From an uncultured Candidatus Saccharibacteria bacterium (lineage in GTDB: Bacteria; Patescibacteriota; Minisyncoccia; Phycocordibacterales; EsbW-18), in contig CAZFMQ010000003.1 of the NCBI GenBank assembly GCA_964520295.1, positions 1,060-65,059 of the forward strand: a stretch of DNA of 64,000 nucleotides, written 5' to 3'. Below the pieces are notes generated by a model, which saw only the letters and a list, made by a program, of their open reading frames with translations, was not told where the DNA came from and ran no database searches. Both the position numbers and the translations under genes were made by a program. Each line of letters begins with the position of its first letter. The stretch's first letter is position 1. Shown in pieces: positions 29,625 to 38,751 of this stretch.

Positions 29625-30080
29625 ATGCAAGAGATACGGTGCAACTCACTTGAAGAACTCGGCGCATGCGCACTGCGAGTAGTACAGTGCGTGCCGGCAT
29701 ACAACGATCATGCCACCGTCCTTGGGCTTTCGGGAGATTTGGGCGCAGGCAAAACCGCGTTTACAAAACTACTTGCTGAGCACCTCGGTGTTACCGAGCA
29801 CGTCACGAGTCCGACGTTTGTCATTCAAAAAAACTACGCAACTACTGATACACGCTTTACAACACTCGTGCACATTGATGCGTACCGTCTTGCTAGTGGG
29901 CAAGAATTAGCGCCACTACGCTGGCAAGAAACGTGTGCAACACCCAACACACTCATTATCATTGAGTGGCCAGAACAGGTGCGTGATGCATTACCCGATG
30001 ACACCATCACATTGTCATTTGCGGTCACAGGAGACACTGAACGCACCATAACACTACCAGACAACCTACAGTGCGTATGA
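29625..30080 (+). CDS. tsaE: tRNA threonylcarbamoyladenosine biosynthesis ATPase TsaE
   Basis: P-loop GDLGAGKTAFTK followed by SPTFV. The start is taken at ATG 29625. The track start at 29520 is an N-terminal extension. Confidence 0.75.
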   Translation: MQEIRCNSLEELGACALRVVQCVPAYNDHATVLGLSGDLGAGKTAFTKLLAEHLGVTEHVTSPTFVIQKNYATTDTRFTTLVHIDAYRLASGQELAPLRWQETCATPNTLIIIEWPEQVRDALPDDTITLSFAVTGDTERTITLPDNLQCV

Positions 30081-32443
30081 GTCCAACAAAGAACAAAAAA
30101 CGTCTCGTGGTATTGGATGCGCACGCTATTATTCACCGCGCCTATCACGCACTGCCTGATTTCACGTCTGCAACGGGCGAGCCAACAGGCGCGCTCTATG
30201 GTCTGTCGGCAATGCTTTTGAAGTTTATTGGTGATTTGAAGCCCGATTACATTGTTGCGGCATACGATTTGCCAAAACCCACCTATCGCCACGACGCATT
30301 TGATGCATACAAAGCGGGCAGAGCAAAAACAGATGATGCGCTCGTTGCACAAATAGAGCGTAGTCGTGAAATTATGTCTGCATTTGCCATCCCTATATAT
30401 CAAAAAGAAGGATTTGAAGCAGACGATATCATCGGCACTATTGTAGAGAAAACAAAACACAACAAAGAGGTAGAGGTCGTCATTGCATCGGGCGACACCG
30501 ACACACTGCAGTTGGTGGAAAATAATCGCGTGAAAGTATTTACCCTACGCAAAGGTATTCAAGATACTGTGCTGTATGACGAAGATGATGTGCGCACGCG
30601 TTTTGGTTTTGATGCGGACTTTTTGCCCGACTACAAAGGATTGCGCGGTGATCCATCCGACAACATTCCTGGCATTGCGGGCATTGGAGAGAAAACAGCC
30701 ACACTACTCATCACCACCTTCGGCAGTATTGAGCAGATGTATAAAAAACTTGCAAAAGATGAAGGTGCATTTGAAAAAGCAGGCATCACAAAACGCATCA
30801 TCGGTCTCTTGAAGGAGGGGAAGGAGGATGCAGAGTTTTCAAAAATGCTCGGCACTATTCGTCGCGACGCACCAATTGATTTTGTGATTCCAGACATTGC
30901 ATGGCGCGATGCAGTACCCGTGCAGAAAATGCTTGCATTGTTTGATACGCTCGGTTTTCGCTCGCTTGCGGCGCGTGCACGAACACAATTTAAGGTTGCC
31001 GAAACACTGTTTGCTGACGCTGACACGCCCGAGGACACGCTCTCAGGTGCAGAATTAGAGGAAACAAAGGTAGCGGTGTGGATTCTCAACTCTGAACTTA
31101 CTACACCGTCTGAACAAGATATTCTCTCGTATACGAAAGCGCGTTCTCTGGTGGATGCTCGCGCCAAGGCGCTCGCACGCATCAAGGAAGAAAATCTTGT
31201 GGACGTATTTGAGCACATAGAAAAACCCCTCATACCACTACTGGCAAAAATGAAAGAAACAGGCGTTGCGCTTGATACCGCATATCTCAAAACCTTGTCG
31301 GTTGATTATCACCGCGAGCTCTCGGTGTTGGAGAAAAAGATATGGAAACGTGCCGGTGGCGAATTCAACATCAATTCGCCAAAACAGCTCGGCGAGGTGT
31401 TATTTGAGAAGTTGGGATTGAAGGGTGGCAAAAAAACATCCACAGGGCAACGCTCAACGCGTGAATCAGAATTGCAAAAGCTTGCTGACGAGCATCCAAT
31501 TGTGCACGAAATACTTGCATATCGTGAACTACAAAAATTATTGTCCACCTACATTGATACGCTACCGAAGCAGGTGGGGCAGGACGGCCGATTGCACGCA
31601 ACATTTGTACAAACGGGTACGACCACAGGACGATTGTCATCACAGAATCCCAATGTGCAAAATATTCCTATTCGCACCGACTTGGGTCGCGCGGTGCGCG
31701 GTGGCTTTGTTGCGGAAAAAGGATTCGCACTTGTAGCGATGGATTACTCACAAATTGAATTGCGCCTAGCGGCTATCGTGTCGGGTGATGAGCGCTTTGT
31801 GGAAACATTTCGTGCGGGTGGCGACATTCACACCTCGGTGGCATCAGAAATTTTTGACGTTACGCCGGAAGAGGTAACAGCGGATATGCGCCGTACTGCA
31901 AAAGTCATTAACTTCGGGATTATTTATGGTATGGGTGCTAACGCACTTGCGGCAACGGCGGAAATGCCTCGCGCTGACGCACAAAAGTATTTGGCTGAAT
32001 TTGAGCGCACGTACACAGGCATTGCACGGTACATTGCCGATACCAAAAAACAAGTTCGTGCACGTGGGTATGTAGAAACGCTGTTTGGTCGTCGTCGATA
32101 TCTACCGGGCATCACATCATCGTTGCCATATATTCGCGCAGAAGCAGAACGACAAGCAATCAATGCGCCGTTGCAAGGTACCTCTGCCGACATTATTAAG
32201 ATTGCGATGGTGGAAGCAGAAAAATATATTGTTGAAAAGGGATTGTCTGAGCGGGTGCGTTTGGTGTTGCAGATTCACGACGAGTTGATTTATGAAATTG
32301 CTGAAGACATGGTGGAGCAGGTGACGCCTGTGTTGCGCAGTATTATGGAGAAAGCGTTACCTGATGAGATGCGCCATGATGTGCCGATTGTGGTGGAGGC
32401 ATCCACAGGGCGACGGTGGGGTGAGCTCAAGAAACTCAAATAG
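30071..32443 (+). CDS. polA: DNA polymerase I: 5'-3' exonuclease plus polymerase domains, apparently without a full 3'-5' exonuclease domain
   Basis: N-terminal FEN-like domain and motif A (DYSQIELR). Motif B (RRTAKVINFGIIYGMGANALA) and motif C (QIHDELIYE). Only about 85 aa separate the two domains. Confidence 0.95.
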   Translation: MRMSPTKNKKRLVVLDAHAIIHRAYHALPDFTSATGEPTGALYGLSAMLLKFIGDLKPDYIVAAYDLPKPTYRHDAFDAYKAGRAKTDDALVAQIERSREIMSAFAIPIYQKEGFEADDIIGTIVEKTKHNKEVEVVIASGDTDTLQLVENNRVKVFTLRKGIQDTVLYDEDDVRTRFGFDADFLPDYKGLRGDPSDNIPGIAGIGEKTATLLITTFGSIEQMYKKLAKDEGAFEKAGITKRIIGLLKEGKEDAEFSKMLGTIRRDAPIDFVIPDIAWRDAVPVQKMLALFDTLGFRSLAARARTQFKVAETLFADADTPEDTLSGAELEETKVAVWILNSELTTPSEQDILSYTKARSLVDARAKALARIKEENLVDVFEHIEKPLIPLLAKMKETGVALDTAYLKTLSVDYHRELSVLEKKIWKRAGGEFNINSPKQLGEVLFEKLGLKGGKKTSTGQRSTRESELQKLADEHPIVHEILAYRELQKLLSTYIDTLPKQVGQDGRLHATFVQTGTTTGRLSSQNPNVQNIPIRTDLGRAVRGGFVAEKGFALVAMDYSQIELRLAAIVSGDERFVETFRAGGDIHTSVASEIFDVTPEEVTADMRRTAKVINFGIIYGMGANALAATAEMPRADAQKYLAEFERTYTGIARYIADTKKQVRARGYVETLFGRRRYLPGITSSLPYIRAEAERQAINAPLQGTSADIIKIAMVEAEKYIVEKGLSERVRLVLQIHDELIYEIAEDMVEQVTPVLRSIMEKALPDEMRHDVPIVVEASTGRRWGELKKLK

Positions 32444-32445
32444 AT

Positions 32446-33147
32446 ATGCTGTACGTTTTTACGGGAACTGATAGAGACAAAATATATCGCGAGACGAATG
32501 CGATGCTTGCGGCACTTGCTAAAAAGCGTCCGAATGCAGAAGTATTTCGCATGAGTGATAGTGCAGATATTCTGCGTTTACCCGATTTGATAGAGGGTAC
32601 AGGATTATTTGAAGAGAAGCATATCGTGGTATTGCAGGGAATATTGGATACAGAAGAGGCGCGCGCGCTTGCGAGCGCGCGCGCCAAAGACATCGCCGCA
32701 TCCGAGCACATTTTTATTGTCATTGAACATGCGCTCACTGCAGATATAAAAAAGACGCTGAAAAAACATGCACATGCATTTTCTGAATACGACGTTACAA
32801 AAGAAAAACCAAAAACTATAAATGTATTTGCACTCACTGATGCCATTGCGCGGCGTGACAAAAAACAAGCATGGGTTATTTTGCAACGCGTACTCCGCGA
32901 GGGAACACCTGCAGAAGAAATACACGGCATTGTGTGGTGGCAGATAAAAACACTCCTGCTTGTGCTTCGTGGTGACACGGCAGACATCAAACCATTTACT
33001 ATTTCAAAAGCAAAAAGCGCACTACCGCATTTTAGTGAAGCAGAATTGTCTACATACGCACGGCAACTTGTGACGATGTACCACGATTCTCGTGCGCAAG
33101 GTCCTTCGTTGGACATTGCACTGGAGCAGTTTGTATTAGGGTTATAG
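32446..33147 (+). CDS. holA: DNA polymerase III delta subunit-like, short form
   Basis: LYVFTGTD N-terminus and an ...EIHGIVWWQIKTLLLVL... segment resembling HolA. Medium confidence. Confidence 0.5.
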   Translation: MLYVFTGTDRDKIYRETNAMLAALAKKRPNAEVFRMSDSADILRLPDLIEGTGLFEEKHIVVLQGILDTEEARALASARAKDIAASEHIFIVIEHALTADIKKTLKKHAHAFSEYDVTKEKPKTINVFALTDAIARRDKKQAWVILQRVLREGTPAEEIHGIVWWQIKTLLLVLRGDTADIKPFTISKAKSALPHFSEAELSTYARQLVTMYHDSRAQGPSLDIALEQFVLGL

Positions 33148-33209
33148 AAACATTGTCACTAAGCCATTTTTATTGTAGGATACACGGTGTTGTTTCTTAT
33201 TTTCAATAT

Positions 33210-33283
33210 CCGCCCATAGCTCAGCCTGGTAGAGCACCTGCCTTTTAAGCAGAGGGTCGTTGGTTCGATTCCAACTGGGCGGA
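33210..33283 (+). tRNA. tRNA-Lys (anticodon TTT)
   Basis: Cloverleaf folded by hand: acceptor CCGCCCA/TGGGCGG, D-arm GCTC/GAGC, anticodon loop CTTTTAA, T-arm GTTGG-TTCGATT-CCAAC. Confidence 0.85.
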
Positions 33284-33294
33284 CAACGTGATAC

Positions 33295-33762
33295 ATGCTT
33301 TCCGTTATCCTAGACAATGTACGAAGTGTGCATAATGTCGGTTCTCTATTTCGTACCTGTGATGGTGCGGGTGTTGCAACACTCTACCTCTGCGGTGTAA
33401 CGCCCACACCATTGGACCGTTTTGGTCGTGTCCGCAAAGATATGGCAAAAGTTGCACTGGGCACTGAACACACAACACCATGGGAACATTATGAAAGTAC
33501 GCTGGCATGTATCACACAACTCAAAAAAGACGGCGTGCATGTGGTGGCAGTTGAACAAGATGATCGCGCACAAACGTATACCGACGTTGTTACAGATGTA
33601 CCCACCGCATTTGTATTTGGAGAAGAGACGAAAGGATTGTCGCGCGACATACTCGATGCGTGCGATGCCGTCATCGAAATCCCTATGCATGGAAAAAAAG
33701 AATCACTCAATGTATCAGTGAGTGCAGGGATTGTGTTATTTCATGCGCGTAGTCGCACGTAG
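33295..33762 (+). CDS. SpoU/TrmH-family RNA 2'-O-methyltransferase
   Basis: NVGSLFRT motif. SPOUT knot region ...GEETKGLSRDILDACDAVIEIPMHGKKESLNVSVSAGIVL. Confidence 0.85.
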   Translation: MLSVILDNVRSVHNVGSLFRTCDGAGVATLYLCGVTPTPLDRFGRVRKDMAKVALGTEHTTPWEHYESTLACITQLKKDGVHVVAVEQDDRAQTYTDVVTDVPTAFVFGEETKGLSRDILDACDAVIEIPMHGKKESLNVSVSAGIVLFHARSRT

Positions 33763-33764
33763 TG

Positions 33765-34778
33765 TTATCGGTACTCCAACACATCCACGAGTAACCCATT
33801 ATTATCACGGAGAATAATTGCTTCCCGTTCATCGCGCCACATGTTGCGACGATCTAAGAAAAGTCGCCACTCATCACCAAAGAAATTAGGATCTGTTTTG
33901 TGCAAATCCACACACCCGCTGTACGTTGCATATTCATCAATAAAATCAGCACACTCTTCAAGCTCATCAATACGCGTATTTAAATTTGGATCGTACTCAC
34001 GACACATTGGCACACGCTCAATTTCATGCCAACACGCGTCAAAATCATCATCGTCCTCAAAGAAATCAGCAGTAAAGGTGCGCAGTGCCAACGGCTCATT
34101 TTTGAGTGTGGGGCAACTGTAACCTAATCCTGGGTGCACTGTATACGTTGAGGACAAATAGCCCGTGCACATGTTGGTCAAAAAACTAGTATTGATGCCG
34201 TCGGGATATTCGCTGGCAACAATGGCGCGTTCTCCGGGAAGTAGAAAAACATTTTTATTTGAACGACGCTGGCGTGGTGATTCCAATACCTGTGCACCTG
34301 CAGGGAGTGTAGCGCGATTACCCGACACCGCACTTTCTAGTCGCCAGCCTGTTATGAAAATAGGTGTGTTGTTTTGTGCACGTGAACGAATGACGACATA
34401 TTCGCGCTGTGGGTCGGAGGTACGTGTGTTGCCGTGTTCAAGAGTGATGATGTCGTAGTAGGGAGAGCGGTTCTGTTCAGCTTCTATTTGTGCGATTGCG
34501 TGTTCCAATTCTGCAATCTCATTTTCAATGCGGTCAAGTTCGCCACGGCGGTACTCATCTGCATCAACGAACCCATCACCATTGGTGTCGTATGAGCGAG
34601 AATATGAAGGAGAGGTAATCGTTTGCGATGCGGGTGATGATTGCGAGGATGAGTATCCCGAGCGTCCCCCAATGCTGTCGGGAATACTGTTATTGCCAAG
34701 AATACCTTCATCTTGCAATAAGGACACCAAAAAAATACCTGCGATAACAAAGAATGCGACTTTTACCAAATCAGACAT
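33765..34778 (-). CDS. membrane-anchored hypothetical protein with a lamin-tail-domain-like region
   Basis: The start is taken at MSDLVKVAFFVIAGIFLVSLL (34778). Contains EYVVIRSRAQNNTPIFITGWRLESAVSGNRATLPAGAQVLESP, an LTD-like pattern. The C-terminal half is Cys-rich. Confidence 0.45.
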   Translation of the reverse strand: MSDLVKVAFFVIAGIFLVSLLQDEGILGNNSIPDSIGGRSGYSSSQSSPASQTITSPSYSRSYDTNGDGFVDADEYRRGELDRIENEIAELEHAIAQIEAEQNRSPYYDIITLEHGNTRTSDPQREYVVIRSRAQNNTPIFITGWRLESAVSGNRATLPAGAQVLESPRQRRSNKNVFLLPGERAIVASEYPDGINTSFLTNMCTGYLSSTYTVHPGLGYSCPTLKNEPLALRTFTADFFEDDDDFDACWHEIERVPMCREYDPNLNTRIDELEECADFIDEYATYSGCVDLHKTDPNFFGDEWRLFLDRRNMWRDEREAIILRDNNGLLVDVLEYR

Positions 34779-34786
34779 ACAAATAA

Positions 34787-36079
34787 TTATTGCACAAGTT
34801 TCTCTAATTCCTCGCGCACAACAGTGGCATCGTCCCACGGTATTTTTTGTCCGTGTGCGCCCATGATGTACGGATCCGTGCCCTTGCCCGTAATAAGAAC
34901 TGCGACCTGTCCGTGTTCGCCACGTGCGGAGAGTTCACGCGCTTGTTGGAGTGCGGTGTGTAGTGCTTCACGGCGGTCCAGGATAATCTGTAACTTGTTT
35001 TTGTTTTTGATACCTTCCGCCATCTGTTCAAGAATGGCGTGCGGATCTTCATCATAGGGGTCTTCGTTGGTGAGAATGACCTGTTCACAGTGTGATTCTG
35101 CAATGGCTGCCATTTTCGGGCGTTTCCATGTGTCGCGTCCACCGCCTGTGTTACCAAGTACACAAATGTTGGTTGTTTTTTCAAATGCGCCGTACAGTGC
35201 CATGAGTGAATCGGGCGTGTGCGCATAATCCACAACCACATCAAACTTCTGCCCCGCATGTACGAACTCTGCGCGACCACGGATTTTTTTGACGCGCGCG
35301 ATACCGCGCGCGGTAGTTTCAAGCGGAATATTTTGACTTTCACCAAAGGTGATAGCGGCGAGTGCATTGTACACGTTGAACTCACCGGCAAGCGCAACCT
35401 CAAACGGTATTTTTTTGTACGTGAACGATGAGCCGTGTGTGCTCGTGCGTAGTACGTGTGCATCCGCAAGCGTGTAGGGAAGTGCGTAGGTTGTACCAAC
35501 TGCGAGGAACGCCTCACTCTCTCGGTCATCTGCGTTGGCAACGATGACCGTGCCCGCTTTGCGCGAGTGCGCGAGCGCTCGCGCAATAGAAAGCTTCGCG
35601 TCTTTGTATTTTTCAAATGAACCGTGTGATTCTATGTGCTCGGGTGCAAGGTTAGTGAACACGAGCGCGTCCATATCAATCCACTTGTGACGAAACTGTT
35701 TCGCGCCTTCCGATGTCATCTCAATCACTGCCCACTGACAACCTGCCGATACTGCGCGGCGCAAAAAACGCTGCACAAAGAAGCGACCCGGAATAGTCAT
35801 TTTGTAGAGGTTGCGTTCTTCATGGTCGCCAATTTTAAAACGAATGGTGCCCAAGACAGCGGTGGTGTATCCCGCTTCTTCCAATACGGCGTTGATGAGT
35901 TCAGTCACTGACGATTTTCCTTTCGTGCCCGTCACCGCAACAACCTTCAGTGAACGTGCGGGGAAGCGGTAGACGAGCGCTGATATGAGTGCAAGTGTCC
36001 AGTGATACGCCGGTTGTATAAGGCGATACAGTTTTTTTGGTACAAGACGTTCAATAGCGCGCAAGATTTTGTTGAGCAT
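34787..36079 (-). CDS. murE: Mur ligase family protein, MurE-like
   Basis: P-loop VTGTKGKSS and DYAHTPDSL (the MurE-type DYAHTPDAL). 430 aa. The N-terminal domain is shorter than in E. coli MurE. Confidence 0.7.
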   Translation of the reverse strand: MLNKILRAIERLVPKKLYRLIQPAYHWTLALISALVYRFPARSLKVVAVTGTKGKSSVTELINAVLEEAGYTTAVLGTIRFKIGDHEERNLYKMTIPGRFFVQRFLRRAVSAGCQWAVIEMTSEGAKQFRHKWIDMDALVFTNLAPEHIESHGSFEKYKDAKLSIARALAHSRKAGTVIVANADDRESEAFLAVGTTYALPYTLADAHVLRTSTHGSSFTYKKIPFEVALAGEFNVYNALAAITFGESQNIPLETTARGIARVKKIRGRAEFVHAGQKFDVVVDYAHTPDSLMALYGAFEKTTNICVLGNTGGGRDTWKRPKMAAIAESHCEQVILTNEDPYDEDPHAILEQMAEGIKNKNKLQIILDRREALHTALQQARELSARGEHGQVAVLITGKGTDPYIMGAHGQKIPWDDATVVREELEKLVQ

Positions 36080-36088
36080 AGCGGTGTA

Positions 36089-36652
36089 TTAGTTTTTGCC
36101 GAGTATTTTGAGTGCTTCTTTGGTGCGTTCCGATGTGCCGATCACATCTGCATCTAGTTTCTGCACCGCTTTTCGCGCCTCTGTTTGTGAATAGCCCAAC
36201 GATACAAGTACTTCCATAACGTCAGCATCGCCATCAAGTGCACTGCCACCTGTTTCACCCAATTTGTCTTTAAGTGTCAGCACAATGCGCTCGGCGGTTT
36301 TTTTGCCGATGCCGGATACTTTGGTGAGGTAGGTCACATTTTCTTCCGCAACGGCTTTTTTGAGAATGTCAGGTGTTGCCAATGAGAGCACGGCGAGCGC
36401 AGAGCGCGGGCCGATAGAAGGCACAGACAGCAAGAGTTCAAAAAGTGCGAGTTCATCACGGTCAGCAAAGCCAAAGAGTTCAGAAGCATTCTCACGCACT
36501 GCGTGGTACGTCCATAGTGACACCGGCGCATTGAGTTTCATTTGTGTGGCAGTGTCGCGCGCGGTGTGTACGGCATAGCCGACACCACCAACGCCAATAA
36601 TGACCAACCCCGGCTCAAGGTGTAGTACAGTTCCTGATAGGTGTGCAATCAT
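36089..36652 (-). CDS. ruvA: Holliday junction DNA helicase RuvA
   Basis: MIAHLSGTVLHLEPGLVIIGVGGVGYAVHT, 187 aa. Confidence 0.9.
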   Translation of the reverse strand: MIAHLSGTVLHLEPGLVIIGVGGVGYAVHTARDTATQMKLNAPVSLWTYHAVRENASELFGFADRDELALFELLLSVPSIGPRSALAVLSLATPDILKKAVAEENVTYLTKVSGIGKKTAERIVLTLKDKLGETGGSALDGDADVMEVLVSLGYSQTEARKAVQKLDADVIGTSERTKEALKILGKN

Positions 36653-36742
36653 GCATGTAGTATAGCGTGAGAAGGGGAACAGAGCACAGAGGATAGGGTG
36701 AGGGGTTGACGTTGCCGCCCGTTCTGGTATTCTGTCTCCGTT

Positions 36743-37009
36743 ATGCCAATTCTCGATAATGCAAAGAAAGCAATGCGTTCAAGCGCTCGTAAGCGCGTGT
36801 TCAACTTGCGCCGTACCCGTGCCATGAAAGCGGTGGTGAAGGATGTGCGCGATTTGGTTGCCGATGGTAAGGGCAAAGATGCAAGCGCAAAACTTGCCGA
36901 AGCATACAAGGCAATTGATAAGGCGGCAAAACGCGGTGTCATCAAGAAAAACACTGCATCACGCAAGAAGGCACGCCTCTCGGCTCTCCTCAAAAAAGCA
37001 ACAAGCTAA
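36743..37009 (+). CDS. rpsT: 30S ribosomal protein S20
   Basis: 88-aa basic protein, MPILDNAKKAMRSSARKRVFNLRRTRAMK. Confidence 0.9.
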   Translation: MPILDNAKKAMRSSARKRVFNLRRTRAMKAVVKDVRDLVADGKGKDASAKLAEAYKAIDKAAKRGVIKKNTASRKKARLSALLKKATS

Positions 37010-37038
37010 ATACCAGCCCTATGAGGACTGGTATTTTT
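37010..37038 (+). terminator. rho-independent terminator of rpsT
   Basis: ataccag-ccctatgagga-ctggtat hairpin followed by ttttg. Confidence 0.6.
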
Positions 37039-37071
37039 GTATAGGCGGTGGTACGCTCTCAAGTAGATTGA

Positions 37072-37467
37072 TTGTTCCACGTAGGTAGCAACCACAAGGG
37101 GGTGGTCATGTTCCAAAACGCAGTACACGTCACACGGTGGTTCGTGCACCCGGAATCTGGAATCACGTCTGAAGTCATCGGACGTGAGGTTGGGGAAGAG
37201 AACACCCATCACGCTGTGCCGTGTTCTGACGGAACACGACGCGACCTCTATGAGGTCTCGCCGTACTTCCTCAAGAAGTTGCGTGCACATGGGAAGCCAT
37301 TGCGCTTCTCGGTGTGGTGCTCCAACGATGGAGAGTTGCCACATCCCTTCGTGCAGAAGGCGCGGCACCAGCGCACGCCCGATCCGGAAGTGCGCAAGAT
37401 GTTCCGTGCGCTGCTCAAGCTCCACAGAGAGCGGGAGATGCGAGCGCGGGGCATCCATCTGAGCTGA
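37072..37467 (+). CDS. hypothetical protein in a GC-rich island
   Basis: 131-aa ORF in a segment clearly more GC-rich than its surroundings. Followed by two tandem plus-strand hairpin terminators (about 37482-37518 and 37528-37563). No homology recognised. Confidence 0.35.
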   Translation: MFHVGSNHKGVVMFQNAVHVTRWFVHPESGITSEVIGREVGEENTHHAVPCSDGTRRDLYEVSPYFLKKLRAHGKPLRFSVWCSNDGELPHPFVQKARHQRTPDPEVRKMFRALLKLHREREMRARGIHLS

Positions 37468-37564
37468 TGAAGTTCAGAATCATAATCGAGCGACGGTATC
37501 ACCACCGTCGCTCTTCTCTTTTTCAAAGGAGCCGAATGCTAACGCACCCGGCTCCTTTGTTTTG

Positions 37565-37636
37565 TGCTCTCGGCAGGAATCGAACCTGCATTACAAGCTC
37601 CGCAAGCTTGCGTCCTATCCGTTGAACGACGAGAGC
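37565..37636 (-). tRNA. tRNA-Arg (anticodon reads GCG)
   Basis: Hand-folded cloverleaf of 72 nt: acceptor GCTCTCG/CGAGAGC, D-stem GTTC/GGAC, anticodon stem CAAGC/GCTTG with loop TTGCGGA, T-arm GCAGG-TTCGATT-CCTGC. Confidence 0.7.
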
Positions 37637-37733
37637 GGACATGTTCCCCGATTGACCTCTTGTATCGTATTCAATACAAGAGCCAGCACTTCATGAAGTG
37701 CGTCGCTACTGTAGCAGAAAAAGCGGAGGATTT

Positions 37734-38225
37734 CTAGAACCCAAAACGATTGAGGGTGAGATCAAAGAATGTGCGGTGCACTTCAACTTCTCGCAAAAAT
37801 CGTTTCAATATTTCACGCACCTCTTCTGCAGTTACCGTTTCTAATTGCACCGTGATGTATGGCACTGCCATTTTGCGCGATGTGAGCACTAATTGTTGTG
37901 GGTCAGTGTCTTCGTGAATCCAAAATGATTGTAGTGTCGCATACGGAAAGAGTGTCGTGCCAATCAATACGCCGCGTTCGGTGATTTCACAATGCAAAGG
38001 ACGTGGATGGCGCAATGCGTGCAACGAAAGTGCCACAACACCGATGGCAATGACCAAGCCAAAGAGTAAATTGCCAAAAATAATTGAGAGCACGACACCA
38101 CCGACTGCTAAAATACCAAGCCCCCAAAACCAATCGGTGCTTCGTTGTTGATACACGTATTCAGACGTGTCCCATGCCAGATGTGTCTGCATGCACATAG
38201 CGTAGCATGTCTGCCAGTTGCTCAA
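37734..38225 (-). CDS. hypothetical membrane protein with 2 TM segments
   Basis: Hydrophobic segments WFWGLGILAVGGVVLSIIFGNLLFGLVIAIGVVALSL. No homology recognised. Confidence 0.4.
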   Translation of the reverse strand: MSNWQTCYAMCMQTHLAWDTSEYVYQQRSTDWFWGLGILAVGGVVLSIIFGNLLFGLVIAIGVVALSLHALRHPRPLHCEITERGVLIGTTLFPYATLQSFWIHEDTDPQQLVLTSRKMAVPYITVQLETVTAEEVREILKRFLREVEVHRTFFDLTLNRFGF

Positions 38226-38269
38226 AACACTTTTTGTTAGTATTGTGCACGTGTTGAAAGCACAATATT

Positions 38270-38356
38270 GGTGGGGTGGCAGAGTGGTCTAATGCACCTG
38301 TCTTGAAAACAGGAGTCTCTTCACGGGGACCGTGAGTTCGAATCTCACCCCCACCG
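38270..38356 (+). tRNA. tRNA-Ser (anticodon TGA)
   Basis: Type II tRNA: acceptor GGTGGGG/CCCCACC, anticodon loop CTTGAAA, long variable arm, T-arm GTGAG-TTCGAAT-CTCAC. It ends 4 nt before the ruvX start. Confidence 0.85.
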
Positions 38357-38359
38357 CAC

Positions 38360-38746
38360 ATGATTCTCGGTATTGATTATGGCACCAAGCGAGTGGGCGT
38401 CGCACTCTCTGATCAAGGTGAGACGCTTGCGTTTCCGCACACGGTTCTACAAAATACAAAAACACTCACCGAAGATATTGCGACAATAGTACAAAAAGAA
38501 AACGTGCATCTTATCGTGCTCGGCTACTCCTCTGATTTGCAAGGCAACGACAATCCGCTTATGGAACGCATTCATGAGTTCAAAAAAGAATTGGAAACAC
38601 AGGTTGCAGTACCTATCGTATTTGAGCAGGAGTGGCTGTCTTCGCAGGAGGCATCGCGTTTTATGGGGGCGGGGGATATGCTAGATGCATCAGCAGCAGC
38701 TATCATTTTGCAAAGATTTTTAGATAAAAAAAGATTTCAACAATAA
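38360..38746 (+). CDS. ruvX: Holliday-junction-resolvase-like / pre-16S rRNA nuclease YqgF (RuvX)
   Basis: MILGIDYGTKRVGVALSD signature. 128 aa. Confidence 0.85.
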   Translation: MILGIDYGTKRVGVALSDQGETLAFPHTVLQNTKTLTEDIATIVQKENVHLIVLGYSSDLQGNDNPLMERIHEFKKELETQVAVPIVFEQEWLSSQEASRFMGAGDMLDASAAAIILQRFLDKKRFQQ

Positions 38747-38751
38747 ACATT

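Noticed and set aside
30631-31290. 219-aa minus-strand ORF, plus several others, antisense to polA
   Set aside because: Lies entirely within the strongly conserved polA coding region. Ser/Ala-rich composition is typical of antisense artefacts.
34804-35616. 270-aa minus-strand ORF in a different frame within murE
   Set aside because: Overlaps the Mur ligase ORF, which has P-loop and DYAHTPD motifs. Arg/Ser-rich junk-like composition.
37184-37526. ORFs 37184..37462(+), 37006..37458(-), 37248..37526(-) and 37314..37625(+) in the GC-rich island
   Set aside because: They mutually overlap ORF 37072..37467. That is the only one with an ordinary amino-acid composition and a proper terminator. The others are Arg/Ser/Cys-rich frame artefacts of GC-rich DNA.
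38161-38361. 66-aa minus-strand ORF
   Set aside because: Overlaps tRNA-Ser(TGA).
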